A DNA stretch of 53,118 bases, counting the filler, from Basidioascus undulatus (taxonomy: Eukaryota): assembly GCA_000826855.1 (NCBI GenBank). It is 4 parts of 4 records of this genome, joined end to end, with 100 filler letters (N's around TTAATTAATTAA, not from the genome) between each part and the next. Parts side by side here need not be neighbours in the genome. Positions count along the whole stretch, not along the records: positions 39,920 to 53,118 come from JTLS01000833.1; 3 more parts are not named here. One strand, written 5' to 3'. The position numbers and the translations under genes are program-made. Within the stretch, counting starts at the first letter, position 1. Every line of letters begins with the position of its first letter. The notes beneath the pieces are model-generated. The model saw only the letters and a list, made by a program, of their open reading frames with translations. It ran no database searches and was not told the origin of the DNA. Below are positions 39,820 to 51,899 of this stretch, one piece after another.

Positions 39820-39919
39820 NNNNNNNNNNNNNNNNNNNNNNNNNNNNNNNNNNNNNNNNNNNNTTAATTAATTAANNNNNNNNNNNNNNNNNNNNNNNNN
39901 NNNNNNNNNNNNNNNNNNN
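39820..39919. other. Artificial contig linker N44-TTAATTAATTAA-N44
   Basis: Same spacer as at 13209. Confidence 0.98.
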
Positions 39920-42768
39920 ATCATCGTCAACTGACCTCACTGCCAAGCTCACCCCGCACCCTCCCTCGCTCCGTCCAGCCCCGTCCGCACTCCCGCCGAG
40001 CCCGCCACATCCTCCGCCGAGCCGTTCCCACTCCAAGCCGCCTCCCCGCTCGAGGCCGCCCTCTCGCTCGACGCTGAACCTGACGTTCAACCGTCCCCCG
40101 ACCTCGACGACGCGACGGACTTCCTGCACGCGTTTAAGGTCGAGCACGAGCTCGAGGCCTTGCCCGAGCCGCAAGGGCTCGAGACGACCCTCGCCGTGGG
40201 CGACGTCTCCGGCCCTACCGCGGCGCTCGAGGACGCGGCTCGGTCGCCCATGCGGCCCGTACCCGCCGCGCAAGCGGAGGAGCCACCCCTCGAGGACACC
40301 GACGAGCCGGCGCTCGAGCCTGCTGCGCGCGCCTCCCCGCTCGAGTTCGACGAGCACTTCGCAGCCCCCACCGATGAGCTAGCTAAGCCGGAGCTGGCGA
40401 AGGACGCGGATGCGGAGCTCGCCGTACCCGTTCCAGCGGAGGAAGACGCGCCCGAGCCCGCCTCGGCGGCGGACGAGCAGCCTCAGCCGCGCGATGACGG
40501 CCAGGAGGAAGCCGAGCAGTCGCTCGGTGTTCCGGCTGAGTCGGTCGAGCCCGTAGCATCGCCTGTCGAGCACGTCGGACTCGACAGCAGCGTGACGACG
40601 GCGGAGAAGGAGGGCGACAAGCTGCAGCTCGACCGGGCGCCTACTCCGACCGTCGAGGCGGAGGCCGAGGCCTCTGCGGCCCCAGCGCAGACGCGGGACG
40701 GCATCCTGATCGACATCGGCGGGTCGCTCCTCCCCTCCGCCGCATCTTCCACCACCACCACCAATCTCCTCCCTGTCCCGCGCCTCGCCTTCCCTGCTCC
40801 GTCCCCAGATGACGCCGTTCTCTACATTGTCGAAGAAGATTCCTCACCTCCGCCCAGCTCGCCGACGACTCGCGCAGCCCCTTCCTCGTCCCCCGCTCGT
40901 CCGCCTCCGCCGTCATGTCCCTTCTCCCCTCAACCCGCATCTCGCGCGGCCCCAGCCCCTCTCCCCGTCCCTGCCCGCGTCGCCGCCCTCGCCACCCCTC
41001 TCCGCACCGCGGCCGGCCCGCGCCTTCCCCCCACTGCCACGCCCACGCGCACGCCGACGACCGGCCACCCCGCCCGGATGCTCGGCGTCCCGCCACCCTC
41101 GTCCATCCGCTCCAAGCGCCTGCCTCCGCCGTCCAAGCCCCTGGCACCGCGGGAGAAGGAGAACACTCTTGCGCTCTCCGTCAACGCGCTGCCCGCTCCG
41201 TCTCCCGTAAAGCCCAAGCTCCCTCCGATCCCGTCTTCCCTCCCCCGTTCCGCAACCGCAACCGCAACGGCCAGCAAGCCTCCGGCCCCTCTCCCGTCCC
41301 GCCTTCCTAAGCCCGCCGCATCCGCGCCCGCTCCTGTGCCAGTGCCACCGCCCGCACCGGCGTCCGCCCAGCCACGGCAGCTCAAGGTGCCTGAGTTCCG
41401 TAAGGGGCTGGGCAGGAGCTTCCCCTCGTCCGCCGCGGCGGGCGTCGTGCCCGTTGCGGGTGGGCCCGTGTCAACGACCGTCGTCGGCGTGGCTCGTATC
41501 GCTGGCGGTGTGCCGTCCAAGGTACGCCTCCCCCAGCTTCTGCTCGCGTCTCTCCCCATTACTGACTTCCACCACAGCGCACTGGCACGTTCCAGCCTCA
41601 GTCCTCGCCGATAAAGCGGCCCCTCCCGTCCCCCGCCAAGCCTCGTGTAGCCCGCCTCGCGCCGGGGCTGTCCCTCGCGCCACCACCTACCTCCCCTTTC
41701 AAGCCTACCTCGCCCCGCAAAGCGCGCATTGCCCCTGGGCCACAGCTTCAGGCACAAGCTCAGGCGGCGCAAGACGATGTCTTTTCGTCCTCGCCCGTGC
41801 GGCTTCGAAAGGCGAAGGCGCCGTCGCCGCCTCCTGTTCCGACAGCCGCACCAACCGCATCTGCGTCTAGGGCTTCCCGGAGCTTGACCGACATGCTGAA
41901 CGCTGCTGGTCCTTCCCTGCGCCCGCGTCGGGCGGGCAAGCCTGCACCCCCGTCGACGCCCGCCCCGGCTCGTGCGCCCTCGCCCGCACCCGTACCGCCT
42001 CAGACTCCCGCCCATTCCTCGACATCCACTCCCGCCCCTTCGTGGACATCGGCTTCAACCGCCCCGCACACTCCCGCCCGCCCACTCCTCTCCGAGCGGG
42101 AGATGACCGCCCTTGTCGCGGCCAACCACGCCGCGAACGAGACGCGGTACGCGCACCTCGAGCGGCGGATCATCCGCAAGGCCGGTCCGCGCCCGCCCTC
42201 TCCCTCAAGCAAAGTCCGCAAAGTCGCGCAGCGCGCGCTGGCGGACCGGGAGAACCGGCGCCGGAAGCGGGCGGGGGAGGCGACTGCCGAGGAGGACGAG
42301 GAGGAGGACGGGTGGGTGGACGAGGACGCGTCCGTGGATGGGCCGCATCGCCGGGGGGCGGGCGGGGAGGAGAGCGAGTCGTTCGCGACGCCCCCTGGTG
42401 CGACGGTCAAGTGGGATAGGGCGCTGGTGAAGAAGCGGAGGAGCAGCGCGCTGAGCAGCCCGAGTAAGGTGGTGAAGTGCACAGAGAAGGGGATCGTCAA
42501 GGTGCGTTGGTTAGACAGTCACTTGGCTTTCGCTGAACCGACATGCTGACACGGTGACTCCGCGCCAGCCCGGACCGCCTCTCGACGCGCACGGCAACCT
42601 GCGTTCTCCCAAACCGCTCACGCCACTCGGTGTGAGGAAGGGCGCGCGGGTCATCGTACAGCGGATCGAGTGCGTTGCTTCATGAGTTTCACCCTTGCCG
42701 ATCATAGACTGACGCTCCGTTGCGCGCGCAGGTACGATGGCGAGGGCGTGCAGAAGAAGCGCCGCTGA
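39920..42768 (+). CDS. Uncharacterised Pro/Ala/Ser-rich, largely disordered protein; 5' truncated
   Basis: Long open frames with GT-AG introns near 41522, 42502 and 42670. More ordered C-terminal segments (EMTALVAANHAANETRY...GPRPPSPSSKVRKV, VKWDRAL, LDAHGN), ending in NLS-like QKKRR*. Confidence 0.75.
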
Positions 42769-43189
42769 ACGATCTTACGACGGGCACTGTTATCATTTCG
42801 TTTCTCACTTCCTTAATTTCTTTACGTTTCGATTTCTTCTCGTTCGTTTCCTTGGCGCGACGGTCCTGCTTGCCCATTTGCCAATGCCCCTGCCCTGCCG
42901 ACCGATGCTACCAATGTTGTTGATGCGGATATGGATTGTAAGTACATTGCACGTCGCTCTGCTTGCTCGTTCACTGGATGGCTGTTGGCAGAGCGTTCCA
43001 CAGAGTGGGAAGGTGTGCGAATACCCGCGAGCAACTCGCTCAATTCAGGCCTTCGGGGCGCTGGGACAAAGCTCTCTAATTGGATTCCAGCACTGATATG
43101 CGGAAGGCCTGCATTCCGTTGCACTCCGATGTTGCTGATATCGATCTTCGATAGCCAAACGGCCGAAAGTACAGCACGCTTTCCCCAAG

Positions 43190-45400
43190 TCACCACTCGT
43201 AGAGGCTCCGTCTCCCATACATCTGCCATCAGAAAAGGCCGCTCGAAAATAAGCCACGGTACTGACGCTGTTGACTAGACGGACGCACCTGCTTGGAGAT
43301 CTTCCATCGACCGCGCAGGCCTTCCCACTCAGCAATTGACCGCAGCGCCTCCTCGTCCAACCCGCATTCGTCCCCTTTCTTGAACATCAGCTCGCGGCGC
43401 CACTGATGCTCAATCACGTCATCGACCCAATTCGAGTCCATCGGGTCGAGCCGCGACCAGCGCAGAAGGCAGCCCTCGAGCCAAGTGAGCGTGGCGGGCA
43501 TGAGGACGTTGTCGATCATGCGGCGCACGTCCGCCTCATTGATGCCCCTGAAAGTCGGGAAGAGCGGAGCGGGTAAGCGAGCCAGAACTGCGTTCGGAAG
43601 GGATGAGGGAAGGTGGAACGGACACGGAGCAGACACCGAAATCGCCAGTCCAACTCGTCCGCACGTCGCCGCCCAGGGTGTGCACGAGGTCGCGCACGTA
43701 TGCGCATAACGAGTGTTTGTGCAGAATGGGAGCGAGGCTAACGATGAAGCCGCTCAGCGGAGAAGGGATGGGCGGAGTAGGGTAGTGTAGAGCGCAGAGC
43801 TTGGGATCGGGAAGGGCAGAGGAGAGGCTCGGAGAGTTGAGAACGGAGAGTAGCCATTGCAGGGTGCCGATCGGCTTGCGTCCGCGAGCGGCCTAGGTAA
43901 ACAAGAACATCAGCGCCGAAGATGAACACCTCGCGATAAGTACGCTTACCACGACGTAGGCCTCGCCGCTCCGATATTTCTTCACAATCGCGTCCGCCTC
44001 GATCGTGTCACCGTCCCACGACGAGGAGCCGAGCAAAACGCCGCCCTCGCGCTCGACGACCGCTCGCAAGCTTTCGCGGACGTAGAAGCTGCATCCAAAG
44101 TCCCAGTCAATGAAGAATCGCCGGCCCGCTAGCGAGAGCGTGCCCGCTGGCGGCCGGACGCGCTTATGGGGGCGTGACTCGCCCGTCGCGGCTGAGGTAT
44201 GTCGGAACAAGGACATGCGGACACTGTAGACCTGGCGCCCATCGCTGGTGCCACAAAGCGTGCCTCCGTCGAGACCGGTCAGCGAAGTCGGGACACAGGC
44301 GTCGCTGTAGAGGAAGGGCCCGATCGGGACGATGCGGCCGGCGTCGATGCAGGCCTGTATCCTACGGGTCACATGTATGAGGAGCACGGTCAGCGGTCAG
44401 ACCATTGGAGACGCGAACTCGAAGGCCCTACCAGTAAGGGGTAACCTTCTTCATCTCATTCAACTCCTCCTCGATCGCAGCTTCATCCGTCGCCTCCTGT
44501 TCCGCTGCAACGTCAGCAACAAGCCTCGCAGCAGAAAGCCGGCGACATACCCATTCGGCGACCGTCAGCCCCACCGTGTGCGTAACGTTGGCAGTGAGCT
44601 TCTCTTGAACGATGCCACCGAATGCCTCGATGAGCCAAGTGAGCGATATTCGGCGCTCCGCCTCGCGGTTGCGCAGGTACAAGCTCGTCAGGCTGTACCG
44701 CCCAGTGACGATCCAGAACGTCAAGCCTTCGAAAAGCTTGGTGCGCTCCTTCGGCGGAGGTCTGATTAAAGGCATGAGTGCAGGTCTGAAGCGGCACATA
44801 CGCAGAAGTCCTACCCCATGACTTCGTCGTCGTACGGGATGATCGAGACGGATTGCTGTTGAAGATAGCGTAAGTCGCGTAATCGGAGCGCAATCGTGAG
44901 GCACACGAATGGACGTACTCGCTCGTGACAGAACAGCATAGTTTCGGGATACAGATCCCAACTCTGTCGAGCGGTGTGGAATGAGCGATACGGATACGCC
45001 TTGGTCAACTCCGGACGCTCACCAACCCGACCGCGCCCTTGCCGCAGGCGCAGCGTTTGAGCAAGGAGCCGTCGCTTTTCAAATCATCGATCGAGGACGC
45101 AAAGTCGAAGTCATACTCCGCAGAGTCGAAAATGGCGTTGATCTGGTGATGATGGCCAAGTTCTGAACGTGTAACAGACCACCATGCGAAACGGCACGGG
45201 TAAGTACCTTGTCGCGCATAGTGCGCGATGTGTGTTGAGAGATGCGGCATAAGAAACCAGAAACGAGCGTTGTGCTTGTAGAAATAGGTTGCTCTGCTGC
45301 GCGAGCTGCGCTTCGAGTCCGACGGGATGGCGGCATTGGGAGGGCTGATGATGGTCGGCGAGCAAAGTGGGCAGGCAGGAAAGCGGCGGAGCGACACGCC
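43190..45400 (-). CDS. Multi-BRCT protein resembling the N-terminal half of Rtt107/Brc1; start codon unresolved
   Basis: BRCT-like LFEGLTFWI...LIEAFGGIVQEKLTANVTH...WIQACIDAGRIVP; VVEREGG...KYRSGEAYVVA...IGTLQWL...LHYPTP; YVRDLVHTLGG...TWLEGCLLRW. Splices through GT-AG introns to ...RRSLYEW*. Confidence 0.7.
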
Positions 45401-47866
45401 GACGCGCGATGGCTTTGATGCCGTGGGTGTTGGTGCTCACAGTCCTGCTCGAGCTTTCGAAGCATAACAGTTTCATTCTGTCCATTCAAGAAGTTTAGAA
45501 ACCCTTCAGGTAAAATGTATTGGGAAAACCATGAGCGAATCGGTGTTGTAGGGAAGTTGAAAAACTACACTCAGACCACTCCAGACTTACGGAACAGCAA
45601 GGAACGGGTCATGCGGCTAAAACTTTACTACTAAACATTATTGTTATTGAGTAAGCAGACCCACAACATTGGTCAGGACTCGTTGCAGCGGCGAAGTGAG
45701 AACAAGTGAAAAAAATAAAACTTACAGCCTCTGGCCGTTCGCGCGGCATGACTCTTATTTCAGCCGCACTGCGCAGCTCCGTTCCCTAGGTCAAGGAACG
45801 CCAAACAAGTCCTCAATAACGCCATTAAGTCTCCTGATTCTGAAAGTGTCGCAGCGTAGGGGTTGGCAGTTGCAGTTGTACTTGTTGTCTGGCCTTGCGT
45901 CGGTAGGACTATTACTTTGGTGCTCGTTGATGTGGTATGTTTTGCCCCTTGCCACTGAATACACAACTGAATTCAAAATATGTCCTTCTATAAACCTGTT
46001 TGGCTCACTTTGCAACAACTTTGCCGAGGTTACTTGATTGCAGAGGTCAGCCCTGACGTAGTCGGCTAGAAAAGGGCTCAGCTGATTTTGGGTCCCGGAC
46101 GGAGCTAGAGGTCAATCACTTCTGTGAAAGCCTGAGTAAATGTTGAAATAAGCTGAAAGCCCCGCTTTGTGTTGGGGACAGACTTAGATTACACTGAGGT
46201 GAGTCAGGCTGGCACAGAAGACATTTGAGGAAGAAGCACTGTCCCTTTTGGTATATGGTACGTATTGTACCGAGGCATACTTATCATTGACCTTTCTTTC
46301 AGGGGAATACATGCAGTTTATCAGCAGGCGGAAAGTTTTAAGTGCTGGTGTTTCTTTGCGAGCCATGTAGGTTCAGCTGACGGATCTTCCTCACCTGAAG
46401 GGATAAATGTTGTAATCTGGTCAGTTGTAATTCAAACTTTTGGATGGTAAATTGACACTTGCAGTGTATAATCGGCGGGCGCGCTTTGAAGATGGGACAT
46501 GGGACATGGGAGCACATCAAGCGGGCCGCGACGAACTGACAGCGGGCGGACAGCGTTGTCTGCCGCTCGGAGATATCGAGCGTCGGCCTAGCGGAATCTG
46601 TTGGAAGACCTTTGAAGGAAGAGGAACGGCACATACAAGCGCCCCAAGGTCCTCGATCTCTCCTTCCTCTTCGCAGCCATCACCTCGCTCTTCGATCCGG
46701 TGTACACAAGAGCGCAGCATCACTGCCGTGATCCACTCCGTGCAGCACGGTACTCAAAAAGTCCTTCCCCGTCGGGCGGCTGTTCATCTGGAGAGAACAT
46801 GCGAGCTGGCCTTGCTTGTACTGTTAAGTGAGTAGAGGTGCCGAGATTGCGCAGTGGCTCAAGACCGAGTGTTTAATGGACCTAAGTGAGGATGCATGAA
46901 CTACTTTGAAAGCATGAGTGCGAGCCTGAGAGGGTGTCAAGCTTGTAGGACGTTCGTGTTCATCATCGTTGGTGATAAATACATCATCAATCTGGGCTCC
47001 AAAAGAAAACGTAATGTGTACTCGTGGCCCTTGAGACAGGCATCTGCAGTGGACTTGTTTCTCCGATTGCTACTCTGCAAGGCTACATATTGCAAGAGCG
47101 GTTCGAGATGCTTCGCGAAGAGGTCCGGCAGAGGTGCTCCGCACAATCAATTCGGCATTTAAAGGGATTCCATGTCCATGAAGTACGCTGAGCACCAATC
47201 AGCACTTGTGTGAGGAATTTCATACAGAATGGGTTGCTGGGATGAGAGAATGTGAAGGAGAAGAAGTGCGGCTAGTTACCATGAATGGTATCTACTGTAT
47301 TTCCTGAAAGTTTTCTGCATGCATACCTCCCAATGACTTGAAAAATGGGTACACCTCTGAATGCGTGGAAGCGTTTTGAAAGTCAGGCTGTGAGACAAAA
47401 TCCGACGGTCTAGGTTGGCTCGAGAAGCAGGTCAGCCCGAGTTGGCTTGGGAGGTTGCTGGTAGAAATGATTGTCTTGGATGTCATGTATTTGGTGTCTG
47501 AAAGAGGGATAGAAGCCGCAACGGGCGTCGCCTCAACGTCTTCACAGTGAAAGGCGACACTAACGGAACACTGAGAAACAGGCGCCAAACAAGCACCATG
47601 GAAAGCCTTCCCATGCTGTAGTACTTCTCGAAAAGATTAGTCTTAAAACTCTCAGCTTCATATCTGCATTAGCAGCACTTCTCCACCATGAACCCGGCCA
47701 GGTCTTAAAACTGGCCGCAGCGATCGTCGGTTGGTCAACATTCTACGACCTTCGAGTTGCCCAGGGCCCCTGGCCTGGTGCTCTCCTCCTCCTATCAACC
47801 GTCTTCCATCTTGTCATCACGTTCCCTCCTCCATCCACACCGCAACTCCCCAGGCCCCCGTCTTGC

Positions 47867-49050
47867 ATGCCCATCCCCACCCTTCCGGCCGAGCTCCACG
47901 GCACGATCATCTCCCACCTCGAGCACGAGCTCGAGGCTGAGTTCGACGCGCACGATCCCATCCTCCTCACTGCGCGGACTCTCCGCACTCTACGCGAGAC
48001 TAGTCGCACGTTTTGCACGCTGGCGGAGCGTGTGTTGGAGGGGACGGTCGTGGTCAGGGGCTTCAAGGAGCTGGACGCGCTGGGGGAAGCGGGGGAGGAG
48101 GAGCGCGGGCGGGTCCGGTGAGCCTTGTAAGCTACTTGTGTTTGGGTGAGGGAGGATGCTGACGAAGAATGAAGGGCTTGAATCTGGTAGACGGCTCCGC
48201 ATTGAAGTGACACCCAACCAGCGCCTCCCTACCGCCTCCGTACTCTTCCCCCGCGCGTTCCCGAATCTCCTCTCCCTCGCATGGAAGCGGATTGACCCGC
48301 TTGAGTCCGAGCCCTCCGTCTATTCGGACGAAGAAGACGACCTCGACGATTTCAGCGACTGGCAGCCGCTCTCCTTCCCGCCGCGGGCCTTTTCAACCGA
48401 GCGCCTGCCGCGTCTCACCCGCGTCTGCTTGGACACGTCCCGCGCGGACGACGTGGCGGCTTTCGCGGACGCGATGGGCGAGGACGGCGTCGCGCCGGGG
48501 ATCCACGACCTGGAGCTCGGGCCGCAGTGCGCTGTCGACTTTGCACAGCTGCTGGAGGATGTTAGGCGCTTTGCCGCGCTCAGGGAGCTCCGAGTCCCGC
48601 CCAGGGCTTTAATCCAGGACATCGAGGTGGTCCGTCCAGCTTGCTTCTTTCACTTTTATATTTCTGACTGAATGCTGACTGGCCAGGGCGGCGCCTGATC
48701 CCTGACCCCAGGACCAAATCATCTACAGCCTTCTCCCCCTCCTCCCCGCCCTCCATACGCTCTTCTTCACGCCGCGCATCACCTCTCCCGCACTTAACCA
48801 AAAAATTATAACCTTAGACCGCGCCTCGTGTGTTCGACACCCACTCGAGGAGGAGGTCGAGGAGATACGACGGGAGATGGTGGATGACTTCCGGGTCAGC
48901 GGGGTGGAAATCGCGCGGCAGTGCAGGGGCGTGAGGAAGATGGCGTTCTTGCCTGACATAGGGAAACACGCTAACTGGATCGAGTTTGATGTCCGGAGGA
49001 ACGCGAAGCGTGGCGTGGAGTTGGATTATAGCTGGGGATCGTATCTTTGA
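47867..49050 (+). CDS. F-box-like/LRR protein, 3 exons, apparently intact
   Basis: MPIPTLPAELHGTIISHL...LRTLRETSRTFCTLAERVL F-box-like start; LRR-like FPNLLSLAW, LPRLTRVCL, FAALRELRV, LPALHTLFF; open to TGA 49050. Confidence 0.65.
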
Positions 49051-50929
49051 GCGAGCTTTCGAGGCAGACGTGGATGGGTGGACGGATGTATACGGTCTTT
49101 CTCGATCTGTACTATGAACGGTGGGGTACGTCTGCCCTTCGTTTGACTTTTTCTGTGCCTTTGGTCGGGTGAGCGTAGATCCCGTCCGTCGGCTAGTCTC
49201 GCCGCCGTGGTTGAGCCACGATGAGCCCAGCGTCGGACACTGGCACCATGTCGCGACACCCTTGGAAGCCTTCTTTTGTATCTCGAAAAGAAGGATTTTC
49301 TGAAAGCAGCCGGCCGCAGTGCGGGTTCTTGTGCGGACTCCCGGGTAACTGCAACACGTTTGACATTGATCTGCACACATGCAGGAAAGTGAAGTGGAGA
49401 TCTTGCCGCATCAAGCCACTGGTAACACAGAGAGCAGAATGGAAAAATACTTGTTTCTGCGTTGTAAATGCACTCGCACTCAGGTACTCACACGACGCTG
49501 CGGAGTATCGTCTTCGCTCGGCAATCGGGCATGCAAGCCCGCCCGTAATGGTTCTCCAGCGGAGATGGCATTAGAGTCCTGCAGTGTCTCTAGATTAAGT
49601 ATTATGGATAGAAACTGTTTTTAAAGCACAGATTATCTTCATACAAAGAGTCCGAACCAGTCTGAAGACGCTGCGTCTTCGGCCAAACGATGGCCGACGT
49701 TCTGCGCGCCCCAGCGCTGATGTGCTTCCGGTGGACTGTGCAGCCTTATTCATGGGAATTGCAGTCCTCACAGAATGGGAAATGCTTCATTAGATCCGTT
49801 CCGTCTTCCTCATTCCTCATAAATCAAGGCCTGGCTGTGGGCCGCCTCATCCCTCCGTGTCCACCTGGAAGCTAAGCAAGTCGTCGCACTTCTCCTTGAG
49901 CGGGCCATTGATCATCCTGTAATGGATATCTCATAAGCTCTCCCTCTACTTCCGCTTCCAAGGTCAAATGGTATGCGTACGCGACATGCTCCGGGTGCGT
50001 CGCATACGTCATGTACTCATCCACGCTCTGGAACTAGACGATGCAATATGTTATTCAGCATCCGTCTCCGGGTGAAGTTGATCGAAAGAGGTACCTTCGC
50101 CATCAGAGCTGATGCTCTCTTCTCTTCGTCAGCTCAGTTACTGCGAGCGATCGGCCGAACACAGCAGGGACTACTTGCCGATGTCATATCCCCCCGTCCT
50201 CAAAGTCGACACGCTGGGGCCCATATACCGGTCGGTACCTGTCTTGAACAGTCAAACCAGGTCTTTGGCATATGGAAAGAGGAAGAGAGGCATACCAAGC
50301 CCAAGTGCATTTAGCGCCGCCACGCTCTCCGTGCAGAACGCAGCCGCGTCGACGCCGGCCTTGAGCTTGAAGAGCACTGTGGTGGATGATCAGCGCCTCT
50401 ACCTCGTTTGTGCAGAAGACGAAGGCAAACCAGTCTGGAGAACGACCATGATTGATTGTGATGGGTATCGATGGACGAGAAGAAACGAGGGAGAAGACGA
50501 GCAGTGGGCAGCGAGAGTGCACCGGTCCACGTCGACGACCGGGCCGGCCGGTTGAATGGAAGCCCCGCCTAGTGAGCCTGATAACGCTGGGCCCTTGAGA
50601 GAACGGGTAGCCATCCTCCACCTGCTAAATAATAGCGAAATTCATCCATTTATATGTTGCAAACGTCTCGGCGTCTCACAGCAGGCAATAGTATACACGG
50701 GGACAACGCGCACGATTCCAGTTTTCAATACGAGACTCCCGCAATTTCAAATGCATGATCCATTTCCAGCAGGTATATCGCAACAAGACTGCCGAACACT
50801 CAGCACGTACGTCAGCGTCGAACGACTGAGCGAGAAGGGGTCGGGGGGCGGACCCGACTGTACCTCAAAGCAGTGCACCGTTTGCCCTCTGACTTCAATC
50901 CATGTACGGCCTAAAGGGACGTACCGTTG

Positions 50930-51568
50930 TCATCTGTCGACTTGGGCCTTCCAAGCTCGCCCCCAAGTCGAGGTAATAGCGACGGGCGGCTTCGCTGAGG
51001 TGAATCGCGTCATTTGCGAGGTCGATTTGCAACGCCCGCAAGGGGGGTGGGAGCTGCTCGGGCGCAAACAGCACAGCCGCCTTTGAGAAGGGGCGTAAGT
51101 TCTTTGTAGGGAGGGCGATCGCGAGGACGGGCGTAGAAGCAAAAGATCCAGTCGACGACGCGCAGTGGAATGCAGAACCCGGCTCAGAGAGAAAGAAGAT
51201 GAGAAGATAGTGTACGAGCACCGCACGGTCGGCAGCGGGGCGTGACACTGCTCTAGTCTCACCATCCGAGGAAGATCAACATGCCAGGATGCGGCGTTGA
51301 GGAGGGCGAGGATAAGCGGCGCGTCGGGACGCTCCGCGACGCCTAGTGGCCCGAAGTCCTCGTCGAAGGACGGGTGGCACAGATTTTGCTCAGCGGGGAC
51401 GAAGTGGCCCGACGCCATGAGGCGTGCTGCCACGTCGGTGGGGTCCTGCACGAGGACGAACAAGTGAGAGGCGTGTCAAAGCGCATGCTCCCCCCACATG
51501 ATGACAGGGATGCCGTTCCAGATTACGATGTTCAACGCAGGGCGCGTGATGAGAGTGTAGTCGATCAT
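50930..51568 (-). pseudogene. Pseudogene of an uncharacterised fungal protein family (possibly nucleotidyltransferase-like)
   Basis: MIDYTLITRPALNIVIWNGIPVIMWGEHAL*HASHLFVLVQDPTDVAARLMASGH with in-frame TGA at 51476-51478. Resemblance to fungal GIPxxxWGEDAL...DLxxLVxD proteins is from memory only. Confidence 0.35.
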
Positions 51569-51899
51569 GGTGATGGGCTTGGAGAGAGTGAAGGAGTCGG
51601 GGCTTGAAACTTGCGGAAGGCTGGCGGCAGTGCCGTGTTTCGAGAAATGGACTGCGCTCTCGCTCCGGAAGCTTTTCGGTTCGCTTATTGACCCCTTTCG
51701 CGGTCAAAAGCAGCCAATAGCCGCCTCGTATTCTTCAAATTTGGGGTAATTTGAGCACACCAAGTGCCTGCTGGGTTCGTGTTACTACGCATAGCCGTCC
51801 TACCGCAACATGGCTTCCCACTGCATTGACCTCGCGCCTCGATTCGCCTGCCATGCGGTGGAGAAGATCTCCCCCAGTCTCCAAGTGTGGACCAAACTC

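Noticed and set aside
45600..47700. Lower-GC stretch with short ORFs, possibly a decayed element or gene
   Set aside because: No motif, terminal repeat or spliceable frame could be supported by eye.
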